Of a stretch of DNA of 64,000 bases, positions 9,563 to 19,535 are shown one piece after another. A program made the translations under genes and the position numbers. The notes beneath the pieces were generated by a model. That model was not told where the DNA came from and ran no database searches. It saw only the letters and a list, made by a program, of their open reading frames with translations. How positions within the stretch are numbered: position 1 is the first letter of the stretch; every line of letters starts with the position of its first letter. This DNA comes from Minisyncoccota bacterium (GTDB taxonomy: Bacteria; Patescibacteriota; Minisyncoccia; Phycocordibacterales; UBA9973). The stretch spans positions 735,515 through 799,514 of the forward strand of contig JBAZVG010000001.1 of NCBI GenBank assembly GCA_041661005.1. The letters are read 5' to 3'.

Positions 9563-10888
9563 ATGTCGCTTTCAATCTTATTTTTCTCTTTATATATAAT
9601 CATTGTATTAATTATTGGTATCATCTCTTCCAAAAAAGAAACCGAAGAAGGTTTTATGATTGCTGAGAGAAATGTGGGAAGTATTCAACTATCGACTTCT
9701 ATGAGTGCGGGATTTTTTGATGGAGCTGTGCTTACTGCTTATACTGGGTATGTTTATCAGTATGGACTTTCAGCAGCGTGGCTTTTTGTTGGTTTTGCTC
9801 TTGGGTTTATCTTTCTTCGTAGATATTCAACTCGAATTAAACAAAAAGCTGACGAACTTAAGGTTTATTCAATGCCAGAATATTTTTATCGTCTACTTGG
9901 TAAACGTAATGGATTGATGTTTTCTTTATTTCTCATTACACAATTTTTTCTTTTTTTAATAATCGGGCTGATTGCTAGTGGTAAAGTCTTGTCAGGTATT
10001 TTCCCAATCCAATATTTTATATCTATTTTCATTGGAGGCGTAATTATTCTAACCTATCTTCTTTTGGCAGGATTCAAGGCGGTTGTGAAAACTGATTTTT
10101 TTCAGTTTCTTGTCATGATTTTAATGACTTTGATTGTTGGTATTTTTTTGTTTGGAAAAGTTGATTTTGATAGTTCAAATTTAAATCTTACTGCTATTGG
10201 AGTTGGAAACATAATTAGTTTTGTTATTCTTGGGGGTCTTGGTATTATGGTCGCGCCAGATATTTGGCAAAGAATGTTTGCAGCTAGAGATGTTAAAACA
10301 TTAAAACGAGGTCTTGGATATTCTGCCATATCCTTGGTTTTGCTTGGGTTGGTTATTAGTGTGTTGGGACTTGCAACCAAGCAATTTTTTCCTAATATTT
10401 TGCCGGAAGACGCTCTTGTTACTGGATTTAAAAATCTTTTACCATCTACGCTTGAAGCATTTGGCATGGTTCTACTGTATGCAGTAGCGCTTTCTTCTGC
10501 GGATACAGTTACATTTGTTATATCTTCAATATTCACTCGCGATTTACAAAATTATTCCACTAAGTATAGTCAAAAATCCATGAAAAACTTGAGTAGGTTT
10601 TTTATGGTTTTACTTGTTTTTGTGGCTATGCTTATTGCCATCTTTTATCAAAATATTATTCACCTAGGGCTGGCTCTTTTGAGTCTTAATCTCGCTCTTT
10701 TTCCAGTTGTTTTTGGAACACTTTATTGGACTCTAAAAAGGGTAGCTGTTTTTTGGAGCTTAATGTGTGCCTATGTCAGTGTAGTGGTATTATTTTTCTT
10801 AGGTAATCTTACTCCTGAAACTGCGATTATTTCTTTGCCTGTCGCTTTGTTTTCTTTATTAATTTTTCAGAAAATATTAAAAGGTTAA
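9563..10888 (+). CDS. sodium:solute symporter family transporter
   Basis: The polytopic membrane protein has an SSS-like N-terminus, and the AERNVG motif resembles the SSS signature. Confidence 0.55.
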   Translation: MSLSILFFSLYIIIVLIIGIISSKKETEEGFMIAERNVGSIQLSTSMSAGFFDGAVLTAYTGYVYQYGLSAAWLFVGFALGFIFLRRYSTRIKQKADELKVYSMPEYFYRLLGKRNGLMFSLFLITQFFLFLIIGLIASGKVLSGIFPIQYFISIFIGGVIILTYLLLAGFKAVVKTDFFQFLVMILMTLIVGIFLFGKVDFDSSNLNLTAIGVGNIISFVILGGLGIMVAPDIWQRMFAARDVKTLKRGLGYSAISLVLLGLVISVLGLATKQFFPNILPEDALVTGFKNLLPSTLEAFGMVLLYAVALSSADTVTFVISSIFTRDLQNYSTKYSQKSMKNLSRFFMVLLVFVAMLIAIFYQNIIHLGLALLSLNLALFPVVFGTLYWTLKRVAVFWSLMCAYVSVVVLFFLGNLTPETAIISLPVALFSLLIFQKILKG

Positions 10889-10892
10889 TTTT

Positions 10893-11324
10893 ATGCAAAA
10901 AGGAGTTGATTATATTGGAATTTCTGTTGTTTATTTTTGTCACGACGGCAATGGAAAGGTTTTATTAGCAAAAAGAAGTAAAAATGCTAGAGATGAGCAA
11001 GGCAATTGGGATATTGGTGGAGGTGGGGTAGAGTTTGGCGATACTGTCGTTAATACTTTAAAAAAAGAAATTAAAGAAGAATATTGTGCAGATGTTTTGG
11101 ATTATGAATTTCTTGGATACCGAGATGTGCACAGAGAACATAATGGCAAAAAAACCCATTGGATTACACTTGATTTCAAGGTGCTCATTGATAAAGAGAA
11201 AGTAAAAAATGGTGAGCCACACAAGTTTGATGCTGTTGAATGGTTTACACTAGAAAATCTACCTACCCCAATTCATTCTCAACTGCCAAATTTTTTAGAA
11301 AAATATAAAGATAATATTAAATGA
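10893..11324 (+). CDS. NUDIX hydrolase
   Basis: A Nudix box 'GGGVEFGDTVVNTLKKEIKEEYC' (Gx5Ex7REUxEExGU-like) is present. Confidence 0.75.
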   Translation: MQKGVDYIGISVVYFCHDGNGKVLLAKRSKNARDEQGNWDIGGGGVEFGDTVVNTLKKEIKEEYCADVLDYEFLGYRDVHREHNGKKTHWITLDFKVLIDKEKVKNGEPHKFDAVEWFTLENLPTPIHSQLPNFLEKYKDNIK

Positions 11325-12589
11325 AATTCTCAAAAAAAGTTTTAAAAAATGGGTTACGGGTTATCACTGTGCCGATGAAAGACAACCCGACGGTGACGGT
11401 TTTGGTCTTGGTGGAAGCTGGATCTAAATATGAAGATAAGAAAGTGAATGGCATTTCACATTTCTTGGAACATATGTGTTTTAAAGGAACTACAAAAAGG
11501 CCAAAAGCTATTGATATCTCGAAGGAACTTGATAGTTTAGGGAGTTTGTATAACGCTTTTACCGCGCAGGAGTATACGGGCTATTATGCCAAATCCGATG
11601 CCAGGCATTTCAAACAGATTTTTGATATTGTGTCGGATATTTATCTCAATTCTACTTTTCCAGACTCTGAAATGCAAAAAGAAAAAGGCGTAATAATCGA
11701 GGAGATAAATATGTATGAAGACATGCCCCAGAGGCACGTGCAGGATCTAATGATGAAATTGCTTTATGGGGATCAGCCGGCGGGATGGAACGTCGCGGGT
11801 GAAAAGAAAAATATTTTGAACATGAAACGCGAAGATTTTGTGGAATACAAAAATCAGCATTACTTGCCAGAGGCCACTGTGCTTATAGTCGCAGGGCAGG
11901 TTACTGAAAAAGAAGTTTTGCAAGAAGTAAATAAAATTTTTGGCAGAGTCTTGCGTGGTAAAAAGGGCGGTAAGGCGAAAGTGAAAGATGCGCAAAGTAA
12001 AACCGAAGTGTTGGTAAATTTCAAAAAGACAGACCAGACGCATTTTGTTTTGGGTGTGCGAACTTATGACCTATTCAATAAAAAAAACGCAGTCCTTTCC
12101 GTGCTCGGCGGGGTGCTCGGCGGGGGAATGAGTTCAAGACTTTTTGTAAAACTTCGCGAAGAAATGGGTGTTGGTTATTATGTTCGCGCATATAACGATT
12201 CTTATACCGACCACGGATTTTTTCAAATTTCGGCCGGAGTCGACAACAAGAGAATTGATGAAGTCTTGCTGGCTATTCTTCTTGAATGTCGTAAATTAAA
12301 AGAATTCAAGGTTTCTGAAGAAGAACTAAACAAGGTAAAAGAATACTTGGTGGGCACCATGAAATTATCTTTAGAATTGACTGATGATATGGCTAATTTT
12401 TATGGCGGGCAAGAGCTTTTGAAACGGGAAATTCTTGAAGCTGAAGAAAAAGCCGCAAAAATACGCAAAGTTACAGCAAAGCAGATTCAAGATTTAGCAA
12501 GAGATATTTTCAAAGACAATAAGCTTAATCTGGCGCTTATTGGGCCATTCAAGGAGAAGGATAAGTTCTTAAAACTGTTGAGATTTTAG
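11321..12589 (+). CDS. M16 family zinc peptidase (insulinase/pitrilysin-like)
   Basis: The inverted zinc motif HxxEH ('HFLEHMCFKGT') sits near the N-terminus. The ATGA overlap with the upstream gene indicates translational coupling. Confidence 0.8.
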   Translation: MKFSKKVLKNGLRVITVPMKDNPTVTVLVLVEAGSKYEDKKVNGISHFLEHMCFKGTTKRPKAIDISKELDSLGSLYNAFTAQEYTGYYAKSDARHFKQIFDIVSDIYLNSTFPDSEMQKEKGVIIEEINMYEDMPQRHVQDLMMKLLYGDQPAGWNVAGEKKNILNMKREDFVEYKNQHYLPEATVLIVAGQVTEKEVLQEVNKIFGRVLRGKKGGKAKVKDAQSKTEVLVNFKKTDQTHFVLGVRTYDLFNKKNAVLSVLGGVLGGGMSSRLFVKLREEMGVGYYVRAYNDSYTDHGFFQISAGVDNKRIDEVLLAILLECRKLKEFKVSEEELNKVKEYLVGTMKLSLELTDDMANFYGGQELLKREILEAEEKAAKIRKVTAKQIQDLARDIFKDNKLNLALIGPFKEKDKFLKLLRF

Positions 12590-12628
12590 GCGCTTTTTCT
12601 CTGTGCATTTTTATGGTATTATGTTTTT

Positions 12629-13705
12629 ATGTTTGAAAGAAGCACTTCCACTTCTGTTTATGTAACTACTGGGACAATGGTTCGAGCGGTTCTTGTCCTG
12701 CTTTGCGTATTTTTGTTCTGGTTTTTGCGAGATTTGGTTTTAGTAGTTTTGACCTCCATCGTGATTGCTTCTTTTGTAGAATCAGCAGTTTCTTACTTTA
12801 ACAAATTCAAAATCAATAGAGTGCTTGGGATTGTGATACTTTATGTTTTTGCGATTTCTATTTTTGCTGGATTATTTTATCTTTTTGCTCCGCTTCTGAT
12901 AACAGAAATTTACAATTTTTCCATTTTTATTTCAACGTATGTTCCAGGTGTTTCTTTCTTGAATTTTTTTCAAAATGAAGCATTTTCTGGCGCAAAAGAC
13001 ATAGTGAGTTCCTTGGGTGGCAGTTTCTCGATCACTACGTTGTTTTCGGTATCCAAGGCTTTTGTGTTGAATCTCTCGGGGGGATTTTTTCAGACCCTTT
13101 CTGTCGCTTTCGGAAGCGTCTTTAATTTTATATTAATTATTCTTATTTCTTTTTATCTTTCAATTCAAGAAAAGGGAATTGAAAATTTTCTCCGACTTAT
13201 TTTCCCGATTCAGCATGAGGATTATGTGGTGGATCTCTGGGAGCGTTCTCGTCGCAAAATCGCCCTTTGGATGAAAGGGCAAGTGGTTTTGGGAATAGTC
13301 GTGGCAGTTCTCATTTATTTGATTTTGTCACTTCTCGGTATAGATTATGCCCTTCTTTTGGCTATAATCGCAGGGATAATGGAGCTGGTTCCTTATGGCA
13401 TCTGGGTTGCTTTGATTCCGGCTTTTGCCTTTTCTTATCTTTCTGATGGGATTTCAAGCGCTTTGATGGTGGCTGGCGCTTACCTCATTATTCATCAATT
13501 TGAAGTTTTTCTTTTTGCTCCGCTTATTATCAAAAAAATAGTAGGTCTTTCTCCGATTGTCATAATCCTGTCTGTTCTGATTGGTTTTGAATTAGGCGGA
13601 ATATGGGGCGGAGTTCTCGCTATTCCAGTGGCTGTGATCGTGATGGAATTTTTGAGCGATATAGAAAAAAATAAGATCCTAGCTCGCACCAGTAGCAAAC
13701 AATGA
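12629..13705 (+). CDS. AI-2E family transporter (PerM-like)
   Basis: The ~8-TM architecture, length and hydrophobic pattern are typical of UPF0118/AI-2E proteins. Confidence 0.5.
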   Translation: MFERSTSTSVYVTTGTMVRAVLVLLCVFLFWFLRDLVLVVLTSIVIASFVESAVSYFNKFKINRVLGIVILYVFAISIFAGLFYLFAPLLITEIYNFSIFISTYVPGVSFLNFFQNEAFSGAKDIVSSLGGSFSITTLFSVSKAFVLNLSGGFFQTLSVAFGSVFNFILIILISFYLSIQEKGIENFLRLIFPIQHEDYVVDLWERSRRKIALWMKGQVVLGIVVAVLIYLILSLLGIDYALLLAIIAGIMELVPYGIWVALIPAFAFSYLSDGISSALMVAGAYLIIHQFEVFLFAPLIIKKIVGLSPIVIILSVLIGFELGGIWGGVLAIPVAVIVMEFLSDIEKNKILARTSSKQ

Positions 13706-15156
13706 TCAGTAAAGAAAAAAAACCTTTCTATATCACAACCACGCTTCCTTATGTAAATGCAGATCTTCACATGGGTCATGCTCTTGAGTTCGTGCGGGCA
13801 GACGTTATCGCTCGATATAAAAAACTTCAAGGGTTTGACGTGTTTTTCAATAGTGGGACGGATGAGCATGGAATGAAAATATATGAAAAGGCCACATCTG
13901 TTGGAAAAAATCCGCAGGAGTTTGTCGACGAAAATTTTCTAAAGTTCAAAGAATCAGTGAAAATTTTTGGTATGGATGAGAGTATTTTGCATTTTGTGCG
14001 CACTACAGATGAATGTCACATAAAATCAACGCAAGAATTTTGGAGACGAGTTGATAAAAATGGTTATATCTATAAAAAAAATTACGAAGCGAAATATTGT
14101 GTCGGTTGTGAGGAAAATAAAAATGATTCTGAGCTTGTAAACGGTGAATGCCCAGTTCATCCCGGTAAAAAAATAGAAATTATTAGTGAAGAAAATTATT
14201 TTTTCAAATACAGCGAATTTGCAGACAGGTTACTGAATTTTTATTCAGATAATCCAAATTTTGTAATACCAGATTTTCGTTTTAATGAAATAAAAGCCTT
14301 TGTGGCGGGGGGATTGCAAGATTTTTCCATATCACGGCTAAAAAGCAAAATGCCTTGGGGTATAGAAGTGCCGGGGGATAAAGATCATGTTATGTATGTG
14401 TGGTTTGACGCGCTTACAAACTATATATCCACCTTAGGTTGGCCGGAGAATCAGGAACAATTTGAAAGATTTTGGATAAATGGAAATCCTGTCCAATATT
14501 GCGGTAAAGATAATACTCGTTTCCAGTCTGCCATGTGGCAGGCCATGTTGATGGCGGCTGGTTTACCGAATTCTCGCCAGATAGTAGTGAATGGTTTTAT
14601 TACTGCAGATCATGGCATAAAAATGTCTAAGACACTAGGCAATGTGGTTGATCCCAAAGAAATTGTAAAAGAATATGGGACAGACGCTCTGCGATATTTT
14701 CTTTTGCGTGAGATTTCTTCGTTTGAAGATAGTCCATTTACAATAGAGCGCTTTAAGGATGCCTATAATTCCAATTTGGCCAATGGACTCGGGAATTTAA
14801 CTTCAAGAATTTTAACTCTTTCAGAAAAGTATTTAGACAAGTGCCCGGAGATTCCGGAAAAATCAGATTTTACCGAATACTTTAATTTTTTTGAAAAATT
14901 TGATATCAAACAAGCTGTTGATTTTATTTGGGATGAAATAGGAGGATTGGATAAATTTATTCAGGAGACAGAACCGTTTAAAGTAGTAAAAGCAGATGCA
15001 AAAAAAGGCAGAGTTTTAATTTCGGATATGGTTCTCCGTTTGTATAAAATTGCCAGAATGTCAAATCTAATAATACCGGAAACATCAGAAAAAATAAAAA
15101 AACTCATTCAAGAAAATAAAAAACCAGAGAAGCCATTATTCCCACGAAAAGACTAA
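13702..15156 (+). CDS. metG: methionyl-tRNA synthetase (short form)
   Basis: The HIGH-region 'TTLPYVNADLHMGHALE' and KMSKS ('KMSKTLGN') motifs are present. A CxxC...CPVH knuckle is also present. Confidence 0.85.
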   Translation: MISKEKKPFYITTTLPYVNADLHMGHALEFVRADVIARYKKLQGFDVFFNSGTDEHGMKIYEKATSVGKNPQEFVDENFLKFKESVKIFGMDESILHFVRTTDECHIKSTQEFWRRVDKNGYIYKKNYEAKYCVGCEENKNDSELVNGECPVHPGKKIEIISEENYFFKYSEFADRLLNFYSDNPNFVIPDFRFNEIKAFVAGGLQDFSISRLKSKMPWGIEVPGDKDHVMYVWFDALTNYISTLGWPENQEQFERFWINGNPVQYCGKDNTRFQSAMWQAMLMAAGLPNSRQIVVNGFITADHGIKMSKTLGNVVDPKEIVKEYGTDALRYFLLREISSFEDSPFTIERFKDAYNSNLANGLGNLTSRILTLSEKYLDKCPEIPEKSDFTEYFNFFEKFDIKQAVDFIWDEIGGLDKFIQETEPFKVVKADAKKGRVLISDMVLRLYKIARMSNLIIPETSEKIKKLIQENKKPEKPLFPRKD

Positions 15157-15157
15157 T

Positions 15158-16060
15158 ATGCCAAAATACATAGACATACACAGTCACGTTAATTTCCACG
15201 CCTTCGATGAAGACAGGGGAGAGGCCATAAAGCGCGCCCTGGATAGCGGAACTTGGATGATAAATGTCGGCACCCAAATAGATACTTCAAGGACGGCAGT
15301 GGAGATAGCGAATCAATATAAAGAAGGTGTCTATGCGATTATTGGATTACATCCGATACACACAGGTGTTTCATATCATGATGAAAAAGAATTGGGTGAG
15401 GGTGGTAAGGAATTTGCTTCTCGTGGAGAAATTTTCGATAAAGAATCTTATCGAAAACTCTTGCAAGATAAAAAAGTTGTCGGGATAGGTGAATGCGGAC
15501 TTGATTATTACAGATGCACAGAGGAATCAATAGCGAAACAAAAAAATGCTTTTATAGAACAGATAGAACTGGCGAATGAATTTGACAAGCCGTTGATGCT
15601 CCATATTCGCAACAACCCAAAAAAAATCCACCCCACTCCGACTAAAGTCGGAGCACCCCTCAACGAGGGGAATTTAAATGCTTATACTGATGCTCTTGAG
15701 ATTTTAAAAATTCATTCAAAAGTTAACCCACGCCATGGCGGGGCAAGAGGCAACGTGCATTTTTTTGCGGGGACTTCCGAAGAGGCAAGAGGTTTTCTTG
15801 ATTTCGGTTTCACTCTTTCTTTTACCGGAGTCATCACATTTACACATGATTATGATGAGGTTATAAAGAACACTCCGCTTGATATGATCATGTCGGAGAC
15901 GGATTCTCCTTATGTCGCTCCTGTTCCGCACAGGGGGAAACGCAACGAGCCGTTTTATGTAAGTGAAGTGGTTAAGAAAATTGCCAAAATTAAAAATTTG
16001 CCCGAAGCTGAAGTAGCCGAAGCTATCATGGCAAATGCTAGGCGACTGTTTAATATTTAA
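15158..16060 (+). CDS. tatD: TatD family deoxyribonuclease/hydrolase
   Basis: The N-terminal 'IDIHSHVNF' metal-binding motif is present, along with 'GECGLDYY' and a C-terminal TatD pattern. An internal insertion of about 45 aa is also present. Confidence 0.75.
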   Translation: MPKYIDIHSHVNFHAFDEDRGEAIKRALDSGTWMINVGTQIDTSRTAVEIANQYKEGVYAIIGLHPIHTGVSYHDEKELGEGGKEFASRGEIFDKESYRKLLQDKKVVGIGECGLDYYRCTEESIAKQKNAFIEQIELANEFDKPLMLHIRNNPKKIHPTPTKVGAPLNEGNLNAYTDALEILKIHSKVNPRHGGARGNVHFFAGTSEEARGFLDFGFTLSFTGVITFTHDYDEVIKNTPLDMIMSETDSPYVAPVPHRGKRNEPFYVSEVVKKIAKIKNLPEAEVAEAIMANARRLFNI

Positions 16061-16075
16061 TTAGAGTGTTCACCC

Positions 16076-16112
16076 CCACACCTTTCACAGAATGAAAGGT
16101 GTGGGGGTTTAC
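16076..16112 (+). terminator. rho-independent terminator after tatD
   Basis: A perfect 13-bp stem 'cccccacaccttt/aaaggtgtggggg' is followed by a T-rich tract. Confidence 0.7.
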
Positions 16113-16134
16113 TTTCTAGGGAGTTTTTGCTAAT

Positions 16135-16668
16135 ATGAAATTTATGCAGACAAGCGAACAAAACAGCGAAAAAGACATAATAATTGAAGAAAAAAAGGAA
16201 ATCTCAGGAGCAGGAGATTCTAAAGTTTATGAACTTGGCTATCTTTTAGTGCCTACGATCAAAGAAGAGGACTTGGGCGCTGTTTATGGCAATCTCAAAG
16301 AACTTGTTTCGTCTTTTAAAGGCGAGATTATTTCAGATGAAATGCCAAAGATGATCAATCTTGCCTATTCTATGCAAAAAGTAACGTCCAACGTGCGCAA
16401 TAAATTTAGCACAGCATACTTTGGTTGGATAAAATTTATTATGGATCCGCAAAAGATTTTAGAGATGAAGAAGAATCTTGATCTTGACTCTAATCTTGTC
16501 CGATTTTTAATTTTGAAGACTGTGAAAGAAAACACTATTGCCGCAAAGAGATTTGTGCGTGGAGAAACATACCGAAAACCAAAGTTTAAAGGCGCAGAAA
16601 ATGAAACAGTTACACCAATTAATAAAGAGGAAATTGATAAAGAAATAGATGCGCTAGTTGTAGCATAA
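16135..16668 (+). CDS. rpsF: 30S ribosomal protein S6 (extended)
   Basis: It sits in the conserved rpsF-ssb-rpsR arrangement. An S6-like 'VRFLILK' region is present. Confidence 0.65.
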   Translation: MKFMQTSEQNSEKDIIIEEKKEISGAGDSKVYELGYLLVPTIKEEDLGAVYGNLKELVSSFKGEIISDEMPKMINLAYSMQKVTSNVRNKFSTAYFGWIKFIMDPQKILEMKKNLDLDSNLVRFLILKTVKENTIAAKRFVRGETYRKPKFKGAENETVTPINKEEIDKEIDALVVA

Positions 16669-16672
16669 AGAT

Positions 16673-17125
16673 ATGTATTTAAATAAAGCAATTTTAATAG
16701 GGAACCTTACTCGAGATCCAGAGCTCAAGTCACTGCCTTCAGGGGTGAAAGTTTGCTCATTTTCTTTGGCAACTAATCGTGTCTGGAAAGACAAGAATGG
16801 CGCGCGTCAAGAATCTGCTGATTACCACAATGTCGTCGTCTTTGGTCGCCAAGCGGAGACTGTGGCTCAGTATATGAAAAAAGGAAGCTCGATCTTGGTG
16901 GAAGGCAGAATGCAAACGCGAAGTTGGGAAGACAAGACAAGCGGAGAAAAAAAATATCGCACAGAGGTTGTGGCAGATCGAACTCAGTTTGGTCCTAGAC
17001 CCAACAATACTGGAGGATCAAGTCCAAACAAAATAGTGGAGAACGCAAGTCCAAAGAATTCCGAAGAAGTAGACAGTATAGAATATCCCGAGGAAGACAT
17101 TAATCCCGAAGACATACCATTCTAG
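16673..17125 (+). CDS. ssb: single-stranded DNA-binding protein
   Basis: The OB-fold 'NKAILIGNLTRDPELK...HNVVVFGRQAE...GRMQTRSWED' is present, and the acidic tail ends in DIPF. Confidence 0.9.
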   Translation: MYLNKAILIGNLTRDPELKSLPSGVKVCSFSLATNRVWKDKNGARQESADYHNVVVFGRQAETVAQYMKKGSSILVEGRMQTRSWEDKTSGEKKYRTEVVADRTQFGPRPNNTGGSSPNKIVENASPKNSEEVDSIEYPEEDINPEDIPF

Positions 17126-17149
17126 TTATAAAGTAAATAAAAAAAATAC

Positions 17150-17350
17150 ATGAAACAAGATTATTTTTCAGCTAATAATATAAAATATATAGACTATAAG
17201 GATGTTGAAATTCTAAAGAAATTCGTGAATCCTAATGGCAAAATCATAAGCCACAAGAGGACTGGTGTGACTTCCAAAAATCAGCGCCAACTGGCTAATG
17301 CCATCAAACACGCAAGGTTTCTAGGTTTGCTTCCCTTTGTAGTTAAATAA
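17150..17350 (+). CDS. rpsR: 30S ribosomal protein S18
   Basis: The S18 signature '[50 protein letters not shown]' is present. Confidence 0.85.
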   Translation: MKQDYFSANNIKYIDYKDVEILKKFVNPNGKIISHKRTGVTSKNQRQLANAIKHARFLGLLPFVVK

Positions 17351-17932
17351 TTAAACTCTCTCGACGTATTCTCCAGTTTCTGTGTTGATGCTGACAACAT
17401 CACCTTCTGCTATGAACATGGGGGCATTCAAGGTTGCTCCATTTTCAAGAGTTATGACTTTCACTCCGCCTTTGGAAGTATCTCCGCGCACAGCCGGAGG
17501 AGCTTCTTTAACTTTAAAATTCATTTTGATTGGCAGGGTGACTTTTATAATCTGTTCAATTTCATCTTCATTTTCCCAAACCAAAGCTTCTACGTCACCA
17601 TTTTGTTTCAAGAATTTTATTCCATTACCGATAAGCGTAGCATCTAATTTAAATCTTTTACTTTTATCGCTTGGATCACAGAACCAGTATTCACCCCTGT
17701 TGTGATATAGAAAGGTGATGGGTTTTTTCGTGATGTCTGCTTCATCTGCTGATTCAGAAACGTGAAAGGTGGCATTGATAGTCTTGCCAGAAATTAAAGT
17801 TTTGAGTTTTACCTGATTTTGCGGTTTTCTTTGCTGGGTCCTGGCGACATGGGACTCGATGACCTCGCACGGTTCGCCATCATAAATGATTATTTTCTTC
17901 TCGCGAATTTCGCTGTATTCTAATTTTGCCAT
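17351..17932 (-). CDS. efp: elongation factor P
   Basis: The 193-aa ORF has the N-terminal KOW-like pattern 'IIIYDGEPCEVIESHVARTQQRKPQNQVKLKTLISGK'. Confidence 0.85.
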   Translation of the reverse strand: MAKLEYSEIREKKIIIYDGEPCEVIESHVARTQQRKPQNQVKLKTLISGKTINATFHVSESADEADITKKPITFLYHNRGEYWFCDPSDKSKRFKLDATLIGNGIKFLKQNGDVEALVWENEDEIEQIIKVTLPIKMNFKVKEAPPAVRGDTSKGGVKVITLENGATLNAPMFIAEGDVVSINTETGEYVERV

Positions 17933-17995
17933 GGGGATATACTAACAAAAAATCTTTAAAACATCAACTTGTAAAATAAAAAGATATTTTTTATT

Positions 17996-19093
17996 TTACG
18001 CTTCTTCCGCAAATTTTTTAGATATCTCTTTTAAGATTTTGTCTGCGATTTTTTTGTCTTCCTTCAAAAACTTACGTGTTGCATCGTATCCTACGCCCAG
18101 TTTCGTTTTTTCTTTCCCTTCACCCTCCTCTGCAAAGAAATATGAATTTCCAGTTTTTTCTATTATTTTGAATTTCTCCCCGAGCGCCATTATCTCGCCC
18201 TCTTTTGAAATGCCTTCATTGTAAATAATGTCAAATTCCGTTTGTTTGAACGGGGCAGCGACTTTATTTTTCACTATTTTTACACGAGTGCGTGAGCCCA
18301 CGACTTCTTCTCCTTTTTTGATTTGGGCGATTTTACGAATATCCAGACGCACAGAAGTGTAGAATTTTAAAGCCTTACCTCCTGGAGTAGTTTCTGGATT
18401 GCCGAACATTACTCCGATTTGCATTCTGATTTGGTTTATAAAGATGACGACAGTTTTACTTCTAGCGACGATGGCTGTGAGCTTGCGAAGCGCCTGAGAC
18501 ATCAAGCGGGCTTGCTTGCCTACATGATATGCGCCCATGTCGCCCTCGATCTCGTCTTTTGGGGTGAGTGCCGCCACAGAGTCGACGACGATGACGTCAA
18601 TCTTGCCTGTTCGCACCAGAGACTCTACGATCTCGAGCGCCTGTTCGCCATTGTCTGGCTGGGATATAAGCAAATTGTTTATATTGACTCCGAGCTTTTT
18701 AGTATATTCTGGATCCATGGCATGTTCAGCATCTATATACGCGCAGACACCTCCGAGTTTTTGCGCTTCCGCTACGATGTGGAGCGAAAGGGTGGTCTTT
18801 CCAGAAGATTCAGGTCCAAATATTTCAATAATTCTTCCTCGCGGTATTCCGCCGACTCCGAGCGCCATATCTAGGCCGATAGAGCCGGTAGGGATGACGT
18901 TGACGTCCACTTTCGGCGAATCGCCAAATTTCATTATTGATCCCTCGCCAAATTTTGTTTGGATTGCTTTTAAAGTGTCTTCTAGCACAGCTATCCCCAA
19001 AGTTTTGTCTTCTTTCTTGTCTTTTTTCTTTTGCATGATTTTCTTTAGAATCAAAAAACTCTTTCTTGGCATAAGTTTCCGCTCAACACGCAT
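17996..19093 (-). CDS. recA: recombinase RecA
   Basis: Walker A '[10 protein letters not shown]', '[11 protein letters not shown]' and loop L2 '[20 protein letters not shown]' are present. The 5' end (first ~13 codons) lies inside an inverted repeat; the true start may be an internal Met. Confidence 0.9.
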   Translation of the reverse strand: MRVERKLMPRKSFLILKKIMQKKKDKKEDKTLGIAVLEDTLKAIQTKFGEGSIMKFGDSPKVDVNVIPTGSIGLDMALGVGGIPRGRIIEIFGPESSGKTTLSLHIVAEAQKLGGVCAYIDAEHAMDPEYTKKLGVNINNLLISQPDNGEQALEIVESLVRTGKIDVIVVDSVAALTPKDEIEGDMGAYHVGKQARLMSQALRKLTAIVARSKTVVIFINQIRMQIGVMFGNPETTPGGKALKFYTSVRLDIRKIAQIKKGEEVVGSRTRVKIVKNKVAAPFKQTEFDIIYNEGISKEGEIMALGEKFKIIEKTGNSYFFAEEGEGKEKTKLGVGYDATRKFLKEDKKIADKILKEISKKFAEEA

Positions 19094-19170
19094 AATTTTC
19101 TGCTGAAAATTTGCTATGCTCGGCTACCCGCCTGCGCAATGTTTCTCAGAAACTACGCCTGCGACGAGTT
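19054..19170. repeat. left arm of a ~115-bp inverted repeat (recA leader and first codons)
   Basis: Its reverse complement is about 93% identical to 21935-22052. Confidence 0.8.
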
Positions 19171-19535
19171 TATTGATTCTGATTACTCTCGTATATTAAC
19201 TTATAATTCTTCTCATCAATATATCCAAATTTGTCTTTGGCTGTTATATTAATAACATTATACCCCGGAAGTAGGGCTATTGTCTCGTTGAAATCACCGG
19301 CTTGATTTACTGATATTTCTCGACCATTTAAGACTAGATTTATGGCATTCTGCGCATTGCCTGTTATCTCAATGACACTATTTTCAACCCTTGTGCCGTC
19401 AGATATGTTCACGTTCTTTATTTTCACCCCAAAGATCAAATTATGAGAACCCCAAAAAGCATAGATAACAAGAAAAAGGAAAAAGATGACAAGCGCGCTG
19501 GTTTGTAATATTTTTTTAGATAACGTTTTCTCCAT
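19170..19535 (-). CDS. hypothetical membrane-anchored protein
   Basis: It lies downstream of ftsK on the same strand, has an N-terminal TM helix, and the likely start is an internal Met. Confidence 0.4.
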   Translation of the reverse strand: MEKTLSKKILQTSALVIFFLFLVIYAFWGSHNLIFGVKIKNVNISDGTRVENSVIEITGNAQNAINLVLNGREISVNQAGDFNETIALLPGYNVINITAKDKFGYIDEKNYKLIYESNQNQ